This document shows positions 49,101 through 61,305 of a stretch of 64,000 nt of DNA, one piece after another. Position 1 is the first letter of the stretch; the number at the start of each line of letters is the position of its first letter. The position numbers and the translations under genes are program-made. This DNA comes from an uncultured Planctomycetaceae bacterium (lineage in GTDB: Bacteria; Planctomycetota; Planctomycetia; Planctomycetales; Planctomycetaceae), in NCBI GenBank assembly GCA_963815195.1, contig CAWFGE010000021.1, forward strand, positions 212,609 to 276,608, in the 5' to 3' direction. The notes under the pieces are model-generated. The model was not told the DNA's origin and did not search any database. It saw only the letters and a list, made by a program, of their open reading frames with translations.

Positions 49101-52100
49101 GTCCTGCTGTGCTCCCAGCTCGGCAAAAGAACCCAAAATGGCATCATCCAACGACCAGCGGGCAAACTCAAAAGGCACTCCGTTAATCGTGCTGGAGCCC
49201 ACGAGTTCAATGTGTCCCAACTGTTGGCCTTGAGCGGCTGCCATCAACAACAGTGGGGAGAGGGCACTCGCCTCCGCCGAGAGTTTGAAGGGGAGGCCAA
49301 TGGGCGGACCACCGCTCTCGGGATGTTGGATTGCCGCCAAAAAGGTCTCGACATCAATTTCGGTGCCCGCCAGTTCCGAACTCGCCACACTGACAAGTTG
49401 GACGTCGAGGTTCACAGTCTCGCCGAGTGTCCCTCCGTCGAGTGTTGGAATCTGCAACACAAAAGTATCGGGGCCGCGGTTCCCTTTTCCCGATTTGATT
49501 TGATAAGCGGCCGAGAACTCCGAGGTGTCGGCGAAGACCAATGGCGTCGCGGGATCGCCATCGTTATCGATGAGTCGCGTGGCGGTCGCGGTGATCCATT
49601 CGCCGCCGTAAGTAGTCGCCGGCAGAGAGAGTTTGAAATGGGCCACGCCTTCGTCATTGGGGATGACATCCACAATGCCCTGCGTCGAGCCCAGCCAACG
49701 CTTACCCTCGCCGTAGCCCATGGGGTCGGCTGTCGCGTTGGCATAAAAGTCAATCACAAAACTCGCACCCGGCGTGCTGCGAAGAATACCCGTCACTTGC
49801 GTCTCCAACCCCGGCTGCACGTTGGAAATCTCGGGGAAGTTCTGCAGGGTGTTGGCACCCGTGTCTTCATCCGGAAAGATGCCCGCGGCGAGATCGCCTT
49901 TGTCGTTCGGCGTGACACCATCGCCGCCGAGATCGATGCCCAAGCCGCCATTGGCGTAGATGGAATTTCCACGGATGGTATTCCCGACCGCGTTCCCCGT
50001 GACCGAGATCCCGTTCCCCAAGTTGCCTGAGATCAGATTCGCTGCAGGCTCTTCCGTTCCGCCGATCTGCACACCGTTGGCATCTTGGATCAAAATGCCG
50101 GAAGCACCGTTCCCGATGGCACCGTCGCCGTCAATATCGGTGCCGATCAAGTTACCCTGGATTCGAATCTCGGATGCACCTTCGCCGCGAACGAGAATTC
50201 CCTGCGTTGCATTCCCGGAAATCAGGTTGCCGGCTCCGGGAGCGAGACCGCCGATCGTGGCGTCAACGACTTGGCAGCCGGCGCTACCGGTCACTTGAAT
50301 ACCAATGTTGTTCCCCAACGCCTCTCGGCCGTCCGCATTCGTGCCGATGCGGTTCCCCTCCACCCGCGTCGAACGAGTGGCGATCGTCGCGCCCATCGCG
50401 ATTCCAACGCCGTTCCCCGAGATGAGGTTGCCCGCTTCGGGATGTGTACCGCCGATGACAGTATCGGTCGTCGCCAGCAGAATAACACCGACCGAACGGT
50501 TGGCGACAGCCAGCGTTCCGGTCGCGTCGGTGCCGATGTAGTTCCCCTGAATCCATGTCGATTCGGTCCCGGTGACGAAAAGCCCGGCCCTGGTGTTACC
50601 GGAAATCACATTTCGTTCGCCTACGGACATTCCACCGATGAGATTCTCCGCGGCATCACCGGAAACGACAACTCCGTCGAGGTTTTCCACCCTAGTCACG
50701 CCGTCGCTTCCCACACCGATGTAATTTGCAGAAACGTGGTTCTCCCTGGCCAACGGTCCCTCGATCGCGACGCCGGCCGAATTTCCGGAAATTACATTCC
50801 GCGACTCGTCTCCCACGCCGCCAATGAGAAGTTCGCTAGCATTCTCGACTTGCACACCCGAGCCGCCGTTCCCCAACGCTGACGTGCCATCGGCTATAGT
50901 GCCAATGTAGTTACCTTCTACGACGTCGCCCGTGGCTCCATTGAAGAAATAGACGCCGTGAAGGCCGTTGCCCGAGATGATGTTTCGATCGGCGTCGGTC
51001 AATCCGCCAATCGTTCGACCCGTCCCGCTATCGATGGAGATTCCATAGCCCAGGTTGGCCACGGCCGCATTGCCTGAAGCATTTGTGCCCACAAAGTTGC
51101 CCTGGATCACCGTACCTGAAGTGTCGCCAGTGGCCGGATTGCCGCCATAGATGGCGATGCCCGCAAAGCCCAGATTGCCAGAAACGACGTTGTCCAGAAT
51201 ATGCGTATTGGTCGGACCGGGAACAAAGATCCCACTCAAGCGATTCCCGATGGCGTCCGTTCCGCTGGCATTCACACCGATGAAGTTGCCTTGAATGATG
51301 TTGGCATCCGAGAGGCTGCCAAAGATCTCGATCCCTTCACCGAGGTTTCCCGAGATGACGTTGCGGGCCTCGGCAGTCGAGCCGCCGATGAGGCTGCCCA
51401 CCGTATCGTTGATGGAGATCCCCTCACCCAAGTTGGGAACCGCTTGGTCTCCAACGGCGTTGGTTCCAACATAATTCCCCTGGATCACAGTACCGGTCGC
51501 ATCGCCTGTGGCAGGATTGCCGCCATAAATGGCGATTCCTGCAAAGCCGAGATTGCCAGAGACGACGTTGTCCAGAATGTCTGTGTTGGTCGCACCTGGA
51601 ATAAAGATGCCGCTCAATCGATTCCCGATGGCGTCCGTCCCGCTGGCGTTCAAACCGATGTAGTTGCCTTGGATCACATTCTCGTCGGCAAATTCACCAA
51701 TCACCTTAATGCCTTCCCCATCATTGCCGGAGATCACATTGCGGTCGAAATCGCCGGGACCACCGATAAGGTTGCCGCTGGAATCGACAATGCGGATGCC
51801 GTCGCCGACGTTCGCCAAAGCCGACATACCATCGGACGTTGTGCCGATGTAGTTGCCTTGAACGACGTTGGGCAGCGGAATGAACAGAACATCCTCTGGG
51901 AGACCAGGCGGTAAAACGGGCACGTAATCACCAAGAATCTGGATGCCGTTTCCACCGTTCCCGGAAATCACATTGCGAGAACTCTCGGTGGTGCCGCCAA
52001 TCATGTTGCCGATGGAACTCACGATCCGCACGCCGTCGCCGCCGTTGCCACCGTCGTTGATGACATACTCCCAGCCGGCGTTGCTAGTGGGGTCTGCGAA

Positions 52101-55100
52101 ACCGTACTGCAGGTGGTCAATTTCGAGCGTGCTGTTTCCACCGGGATTCCGCAGCACGATTTTCGAAATCCCCCGTGGGTCAATGACGCCGAAGAAGCGA
52201 TCCTCACTGGTTGTGCCCGAGACGGATGCATCGCTGATCTTCACCGGCCCAACGATTCCCAGCGGTTCTCCTGACGGGCCGAACGCCTCGAACAGCGTCG
52301 TGCTGTTCACGTTTCCGTCAGTCCACACGATGCCGACATGCGTGGGAAGGCCACCGAGGACGCTCGCATCGAATTCATACTTGTGGCCGTAGCTGTCTCC
52401 GCCGTCATTCGCGAGGGCCGCGAAACTATGCCCGCTCAGTCCGGAACCATCGATGACACCGTCGTCCGCGTCCACGGAATCGACGTAGCCCCGCTCGGGA
52501 CCGAACACTCCCAGCAGACTTCCGCCCGGCTTGTTGTTCGTGGCAATCACGCCCGGTACGTTCAGGGCGCCATCTTCAAAGTCCTCCAGATAGAATTGCG
52601 AAAAATCGAAGTCCCGGAATGGGCTGTCGTCAAAACTGAGGTAGGGGGTCGGTCCCAGAAGCCGGGGAGCGATCGTCCTCCTGTCGTTTGTGCCGATGGA
52701 GTTGCCGGTCAGCGTGTTGTAATTTCCGCCAACGAAGATGCCATCACCGCTGAATTGCTGGATGTTCAACCCATGGACGAGATTGTTTGACGATGACAGC
52801 ACCAGGCCGTTGGCCAGCATGGCGAGCGACTCGATTTCGGCCGCCGAGAGCGCCTGGTTGTAGATGCCAACTTCGTCAATCACACCATTCCAGGTCCTCG
52901 CGTAGTTGACGGCTCGGAATGGATACGCGCTCGACCCGATTGTCCAAGGCACAAAGGGACTATAGTCGATCGTTTTGGTGAGAGCCAATTCTCCTTCGAG
53001 TTGACCGTTCACATAGAGCTTGAAGGTCGTTCCATCGTATGTGCCGGCGACGTGATGATACTGACCGGGGGCAAATGTATTGGACGAAACAATTCGACCG
53101 CTCTCAGTAAAGACATTCCCGAACCCGAACAGGAACCGGTTCGTTTGCGAGCTATACGACAGTTGCACGGAGACGGTCGTGTTGCCCAATGACGGCGGAA
53201 GGTTCTTGCCTATGATGACGCTGCCGTGGAAGTCGCCGTTGGGGCCCGGACCCTCGGGGCGGACCCAGGCACTCAAAGTGAAGATCTGCTGATCAAGTTC
53301 TTCGGAATCGGGAATCTCGATATAGCCGCCGGGGTCGAATGTCACACCCTGACCGATTTGACCCTCCACAAAGTGTATACCCGACGTGGCCGAGGGTTCG
53401 TTGTCGCCTGCGTCGTCTTCCACTGTCCCGTTGAATCGGTAATGGCTGACCAACCCTGGGAGTTCCGACTGTCCAACTGCGGAACTGCCTTCCAGAACAA
53501 TCTCCGGACCGAAGGGATTCGTATCGCCGGTGAGGTTCTGTTGGGATTGGCCGTTGATGACGATGTCCCCCCGGGTGAGGGCCGGGAGTTGTGTCAGTGG
53601 GCTGATAACGAATACGTCGGGTGTCAATGTCGCTTGAACAAGGTTATCGTTGCCGGCGGGATCGGCATCGTGCGTTCCATACAACACGCTCGAACCATCC
53701 GGACTCATTCTGACAGAGATGCCGGTGTAAGTTCGATTGATTCGAGTGTCGCCGTGCGTCAATTGCTCAAATGTTCCGGACAGAGTGTCGTAGACAAAGG
53801 CCTGATTGATACGCTCTGGGTTTTCACCCGCGAGATCATGACGGGATCCGAACGAGATGTACCGGCCTACATCGTCCATCGAATTCGAAATTTCGGCACC
53901 CAACCCGGTCGTGTCGGTCACTTGATGCACGCCTGCGCCGACGTCGAGATAGAAGAGTTCGATATTGCCATCGGCATTGCCGACCGATGGGTCAAGATCA
54001 TCCACTGATTGAAACGAAACCCGAGTGGCGTCCGCGTTCATGGCGATGTACTCGCCAGAGATATTGAGAGATGTTGTCTGCTGGGTTGTCAGGTCGTAAA
54101 CGTAGAGACCATAGCCGAGATCGTCCGTCGTTGGGGTCAGGTCGGCCGAGTCGGTGAAGACCAATTTGGTGCCAGCCGCGTCGAGGAGAACTAGATCGCA
54201 TTCGCCGTCGGCGCTATCAGTCACCTGCCGGATCGTATCGGTTTTCGCATCGTACAAAAACGCCTCGAGCAACCCATCTGCATTGCCAACGCTCGGATCA
54301 AGATTCTGGTCTGACGTAAAGGCGACAAGCGTCCCATCGCTGCTGATCGACGGCTCAACGTACTTGGATAAGTTTGAACCGTGGTCTGCGGTGGTTTGCG
54401 CGATCTGCGTCACCAATCCAGTCGCCGTGTCCGCCAGGAACAGGACCCAGGCACCTCTTGCGTTTTCAGACAAAAAGGTCACGTGCGACCCGTCGCGGCT
54501 GATGATCGGAACCCACGAATACATTGCGGGATCGCTCAGTTGTGTGATCTGGCCGGTCTCTACGTTGAACAAAAAGATCTGCAAGTTGCCGTTCGGATTT
54601 TCCCCGGTCAAGTCAGCGGCGGAGACGAATGCGATCCGGGATCCATCCACGCTCATTGAGGGCTGATCAATGAAGCTCCCAGGAGCCAGATCAAGGAGAG
54701 GTAACTCATCATGCGACCCGTCAAGATCGATGGCCCCAGGATCCGTTTCCGGAATGGCAAACGTGATCACGGCGAGGCCGTCTTCTGTCCAAGCGTTGGC
54801 GGCTTCGATGGCCGCCCGAAGTGATCCTTCACCGGAATCCAACGTGTTGGTGACCACGAAACTCTTGTACTGTTGTGCGGTGGGATCAATGCCCGTTCCA
54901 ATGAACTCAGGCGCGGTGAAGATCACGTTGCCCTCGGTGTGAAGTCGGGTCTCGCCCCCAGGGTTCTGCAGCTGGAGATACACTTCATCCCCAACCGCAT
55001 CGTCATTGTTCACGATGTCGAGCTCCACGGACGCTTGCTGCGTCTGGTAGTCGATATTCAAGGCCCCTTCGACGTTCGTCTTGGTCACCATCACATCCGC

Positions 55101-58100
55101 ATGGCCGGACTCGCCGCCGAGGATCCGCAGCGTCGCATCCTGCTCAAAAGTGGAATCTTGAAAGATAAAATTGGATATTTCTTGCGCAGCCTCCCGTTCG
55201 TGGTTTACGGTGAGATTGAAATCCCCAGCGAACGCCACACCGTCGATAACATAATTTCCCTCGCTGCCGTGGTAGCTGTAGTTGAGCGAAAGGTCTCGCG
55301 TAAGAGTGTCAGATAGCATGTCATCCCGGCCCACAGTGAGATCCACCCGGGACGCATCGACAAAACTTGTCGTCAAGTCATTATCGTGCCTCACCAGTAG
55401 GTTTCCGGTCCGAAACTCGCCGTAGCTCGGTGTGAGCAACTCCCGGACGGGTTCCAGCAATCCGATCAGAATCGCCGCGGGATCGGGGGCCAGATCGATC
55501 CTTTCAACGCTCTGCGAGTCAATCACCAGACTGCGGAAATCGGGTTCTGGATACTCAACAGCCAGCATGTCATCGCCTCCGCCGCCGTCGGTGAGGAGGG
55601 TCGTCAAATACTGGTCGGCAGAGATGACAAGGTCGCGTCCAATGTCGTCCCGGTTGACCGAATCGATCTGCAAACCACCGTCCGAGAAGGTAGTCACCAA
55701 GAGCAGCTTCGGGGTCGCTGGATCCAATGACGTCCAGCAGTTCGATATTCCTCAAGCTGACGGGCAGAGGCATCAGCATACCCTGATCCAGTGAGACAGG
55801 ACGTGTGATGCTCGCATGATTCTCGACGGTGGGATCACCAACAAATCCCTCTGCGGGAGAGGCCCCCATGGGGCCCGTCATGATGTCGTAACCCAGTCGC
55901 GCCAAAAGGCCACCCGTATAAACCACAAGCAACTCGATCTTGTCGTACCCATCGTCGAAGCTCAGGTTGAAATCGGTTGGTAACGGAGTGCCATCGATGC
56001 CTGTCGCGCCGGCAAAGGAAATTCGATCTTCGGGCCCGAAACCCGAGATTTCGACGGGACTCAACGGCGGCTCGGGTTGCGGACCCGCCAGGAAGGGAGC
56101 GAGCACAATGTTGTTGGGACCCAACGGCGGTTCGGGTTGCGGGCCGGCGGATACCCTGGGAGCCCGTGTGAACGCGGCCCCCCCCAACTCAAGTCGGGTG
56201 TTTCCGGAAACGACGAAATTGAGAGCACTCTCGAGTTGATCGACCTCCATGTCAACGGATGCCCGATTCGGGGCGACGAAAGTCTGGCGGGTACCGACGG
56301 CATCCGTACGAAGTGTTGTATCCGCGGTCACCAGATTCACATTCTTTTGCGGATCGACGATGGTCAGCGATTCGATGCCCCGGGAATTGACCAAGCCGTT
56401 GTCGAAGGTCAACAGGGTGTCGAATTCGTCGAGGAGTTCGATATTCAGCATGTCGGACGAGTTGCCGATCATGCGCACGTGGTCGGTTCCCTCCCCGCCG
56501 CGGATAATGACCTGACGGACACCGGCTTCAAAGATCGCGCCGTCGATTGTGATCTCATCGTCCCCGCCGCCGAGGCTGACCATGTAAGTTTTCGGAATCG
56601 GAGTGCGGATCGTTCGACCGTTGTATGTCGTCTCGATTTGGCCGTAAGCGACACCAATCGTGGCAATATCGGAGCCGTGCGTTAACGTCTGTCGAGTCAA
56701 ATAGTAGCCGAGATAGGTCAGACCGCAGCCAATATTTCCGAAATCGATGCCATCGATCGTGTCGCCACTGGATAACGACACGAGATGAAATCCATTGTCC
56801 GGCGTGGTCTGGACCCAACAGGAGAATGGATCGTCGGGAATGACTTCACGCACCTGGTACTCACCCGGACGGAGCCCTGTAAATTGATAATTGCCATTGC
56901 TGTCCGTTACATCGGTTGGTTCGAGCAGGTCAAATTCGATGGACCAGGAATTGAGAACGCCGCGCGGCAACGGACTGCCGTCGGACATCTCGGCCTCCCA
57001 ATACCAGATCTCGTTCGGGTCGTCGCCGACCAAGGCTTCGAGCGTGACTTCCGGTGCGATTTCCAAAGGAATCGGCTCGAATTCTCCGTAACGCAGATAG
57101 ATGCGGAACTCCGGAGGGAGAATTCCAATATCGTCGAGACTGAAGTCTTGGCTGACTCGGATTCGCTCAATCGTTCCTTGCAATCCGCGGACGAGAACGG
57201 GGAATCGGACTCGGTCGATCAACGGCTCGCCGTCAGCCTGTTCCTCCGGCGAAATTTGCAGCGGCTTGGGAACATCCACCGACGAAAAGCGAGGAGAGGG
57301 ATTGCTATCCAAAACGCCGTTCTCGTTGAGGTCCAGGTAGATCTGCCATCCCTCCAAACCTAGTTCGGTGTCGGGGTCGCGTACGCCGTCCTGATCGCTG
57401 TCGAGGAACTTGACGCCTTGAATACTCGCTGCCTGCGCATTGGCAAAATCCTCGTCCGAGATTTGGTCGCCGCTCATGACCGTCACATCGCGAATTCCGG
57501 AGAAGGGGTTGACTGGGACCACTCCAAATGCCATCAAGTCGGAGGTTGCCTCGGTAATGGAATGGGTCCCTGGGGGCAGGCCCCCAAATCGATAGGCTCC
57601 CTGGCTATCGGTGCGGGTAAACTGTTCGCCGGTGTTGATATCGAGCGTCCAGGAGGCAATGTTGATATCAAACAGAGAGGTGTAGTCTCTGACCTGCAAC
57701 TGCCAGACGCCGTTCGCATCCTGCCCGTCCAGAGTTCCCAGCACCGTTTGTGGTTGATACCTCCCCAAAAAGGGTCCATCATCGAAATAGGAAATGGTCC
57801 GCGTCGCTTCATCATCAAACATGGTGTTGGCGTAGTCATCGACGTCGGTAAAGGAGAAACCGCGCGGGCTCGCAAGTGTGACAACAGTCCCGGAAGGACT
57901 AACCAGTTGCACGTCGAGTCTGACAAATCTCGGGTGCTGAATGTGGACCGTCACATTCACGTCCGTGATCGGTCCTTCGATGCCGGTGACCTCCAATTGG
58001 GAGACCACTACGGATCCTGTTCCTTGGTCAGCAATTGGCGTGTCCGTGGAATTCCATCGCGTGGGCTTTGCATCGAGGACGCCATCGTGGTTCGTATCGA

Positions 58101-61100
58101 TGAAGAAGAGCCAATCTTGATAATTGACTTCACCGGCATCCTGCACGCCGTTGCCGTTGATGTCTTCAAATTTCGTCCCCTGGATGCTGGCGGGAAGCGA
58201 GTTTGCGAAGTCGAGGACTTCCACCCCGCCCCCGGAAAACGAGCTAAAGACCACTTCGCCGACTCCACCCTGGGGCGAGACAGTCAACCAATCGCCGGGT
58301 GAGGGAAGGTCCTGTTGACGCACCGAATAGCGCCCCGGCGGAAGATTCGGGAACTCGTACGTCCCGTCCATCCCGGTTGCGATCGAAGGCTCCTCGCTAT
58401 CGAGCATATTGTTGTGATTGAGGTCGAGGAAAATGGTCACATCCTGAGTCTGGTCCACCCCGGCGTCAAACTTGCGGTCACCGTTCATGTCCTGAAAAGC
58501 TGTGCCTCGAATCGTGCTCGGCTCCACTGTGATGGAGGCGAGTAACGGCTTCACCCACACACCTCGTCCAAACGTGGCGGCGGTGAGTGTATCGGTCTGC
58601 GGTTCGTAGTGCAGATCGGTCACGAGTACGCTGGGAAGCCTCTCACGTCGGAACTCATTCAGTTCCTGATCCCTTACGTCACCGTAGGGATGCCAAATCG
58701 GCCATTCGCCATTTAATTCGCTGGGCTTATTCGTCTCCGGGTTGACGACGGCAAACACGCCGCCGGATTGGGGATCTTTTGGCAGTCCCCCGACCCACAC
58801 GATGTCGGCCCCACTCCGATTCGACATCGTGATGGTCCGGAAGTCCTTCAACTGCAGACTCAACGTCCCCGTGATTTTGTCCCACGATTCTCCCGCATCC
58901 TCAGTCATGAAAACGTTGTTCTCATCAACGACGTAGGCGATCCGCCAGTTATCCGGGTGGACGACGATATCCCGGATCGTGCTGTTATCCGCTGTGCCGT
59001 CTCCGTCCGCATCGATCATCTTCAGATTGAACCCGCCGGCGACAGTTTCGCGCACGAAGACTTGCCCGCTGTTGTCCGTGACATAGGCCACCTCCGGCTT
59101 GGCGACGCCGTCTTCCATGCCTCCATAGGCCATCGCGACCGGGCTGGTCATCGTGGGCGGGATGATGTTCGTCACATAATTGCCGCGGGTGGTACTTTCA
59201 TAGAGGCCATCGATCCCGCCCAACAACAGACGCTCGGAATCAACGCTATTCAAGACAAAGGGAAAGATTCGAAAATCGTCATAGTCCCGGTCGGCCTCCG
59301 TGAGCCCCGAATAATCCCCTTGTCCAGGGTATTCCTCACTTGTCAGCCGAATTCTTTCCGAGCCGACAAATTCATTATTCGAGTTGTAGGTGCGACGGTA
59401 GAAGTAGCGCAGGTTGTTCGCCATTACGTAACGAATGGAGTTCTCTCCGCTATTGTCCACTGCAACCGTGTTGCCATCTCCGCCCAAAACAGATTCCCAC
59501 TGAGCGGGAGTGAGCCCCCTTTCCCTTTGAACGACCCCGTTGTCCTGGGTACCGCCGATCCATTCTTCCACCGTTGAGCCGAGAAGGTCTTGGGCCACGC
59601 TGTAGAATTCCGTGATCCGCAGGCCGTTATTGAGTGACTCCCATCCGCCCTCTTGCAGATTTCTTGCATAGACTCCGCCGTCGTCAGCCTCGAGCAAAAC
59701 AAGCGGATCGTCAGGTGAGGTGCGTGAGAGGAAGACAAGATCGCGCGTATCCGGATGCGGCTGGGGGCTGCCCATAATGCTCACCCATTGATCGTTCTGA
59801 CCCGGGCCGGGGTCGAACTGGACTTTATACCCGCCGGTCGTGCCTCGCAGGTACACGGTGTAAGGATCAATCGGATCCGCGACCATCGCGAAGTGGATCG
59901 ATCCCTGCTCCGACTCGCCGGGATTGGTTTGAACCAGATTGGTTGCTTGACGCCAGTGAGCGCCCTGGTCGGAGGATCGGAACAATGCCCGCAGACGGAC
60001 GCCATCGGTGATTGGATCGCCGTTCTCATCGTTTCCCAATTTCGCGGTGCTCAGCAGGGCCGCGTAGAGGACTCCGCCCTGGCTGCTGCTGTGATAGGCA
60101 AGCTCGATCCGATCGGCTTTGGTCACGTCCTCGTCAGATTCGTCCACGTTGATGTCAGCAAAAGTGACTTGGCCATCGCCGTTCAGGTCACCCACGATGG
60201 CCAGGTCCTTGGAGTCCAGAACCCCATCATTGTTAATATCGATGCCGTCGTTGTCGTTGTCGAATCCATCGTTGCTGAGTGTGAGTTCACCCGAAGTCGG
60301 AAACCACGTCACGCCAGCGTTCGATGATCGGTAAACGCCTTGGCCAACGATCGCCACGAAGAGTTTGCTGGTATCGAGCGGGTCCACGATCAAATGGCTG
60401 GCACCTCCTGAGGGTAAACCAGCGGACACCCACGTCTTGCCGCCATTATCGCTTCGGAAGACGCCCCCAGAGCCACTATTGACGCCATCCCAGGTCGCGG
60501 CCAAAACGACCTGATTGTTTGGCAATGCCCCCTCGGAGAGTGGATTTCCATCAGCGTCGATACCCGTTGGGATGATGTTCTGAATCGTTTGGCCATTAAA
60601 GAATCCAACGTCGATGGTCTCCCAGGATTCGCCGCCATTGACACTGCGAAGAATTCCTCGCCCCTCACCGCCTCGATACCCAGAGGCTGAAGGTCCCAGC
60701 GTCCCCTGTCCCGGCAAAAATGACATTCCCATTCACAGGGCTGATCGCCAGAGCGCTAATGGAAAGGGAGGTCTCATAGTCGGTCAACGGTTCCCAGCGG
60801 CCAATGGTTTCAATCTGAGACACATGCTCGGTCTTCCAGACCCCACCGTTCACCGCCCCCACATAAACCCTCTCGGCGTTGTTCGGGTCCACCGCAATCG
60901 CTTGGACCGCTCCGACGGCATTTCCAAATGACGAGTCGTTCGTGATGGAATTGGGACCGATTTCGAGCCATGTGGTCGCCAATGTAAACAGCAGCGTGCG
61001 GTCCTCTAAGATTTCCGGTTCACGGGGGAAGGCCGTATCCACTTGATGCCCCCTTACGGAACAGACCCGCCGGGTTCGACGAATTCGTTTTCGCGAACCA

Positions 61101-61144
61101 AACAGGCTTTGTTTCAATCCGGAAAGCCAATGGAAAAGCAGCAT
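46158..61144 (-). CDS. giant (~5,000 aa) exported multidomain protein ending in six tandem Hcp-like domains; two frameshifts (~60690, ~55700)
   Basis: Three overlapping same-strand ORFs (60665..61144, 55570..60732, 46158..55727). In order: basic N-terminus with EILEDRTLL, Asp-box/BNR propeller (RSVNGGESW, RSDNGGKTW), SdrD-B-like and P-domain modules, TolB-like propeller, LamG, NVISGN beta-helix repeats, six Hcp-like repeats, acidic tail. Confidence 0.85.
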
Positions 61145-61305
61145 GGTGGTATCTCGCTTGGGTTAGAGCGGTCCGCGAGATCGTGTGAAGACATACCAAT
61201 CCGAGGGCGCGAACCAATTCCTCGGAGCAGGACGTGAACGAGTTCCAGAGCGTTCCGCGTTGGTTGATGCGATCCGGTGACCCGCCGATTTTTGACAAGC
61301 CGACG

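Noticed and set aside
46158..49470. A type VI secretion gene cluster
   Set aside because: The Hcp-like units are in-frame domains of one ORF with no internal stops, and no other T6SS component is recognisable in the window.
60190..60275. Separate dockerin or EF-hand gene (DNDNDG, DINNDG, DLNGDG)
   Set aside because: These are Ca-binding-like loops within the giant protein's propeller region, not an independent feature.
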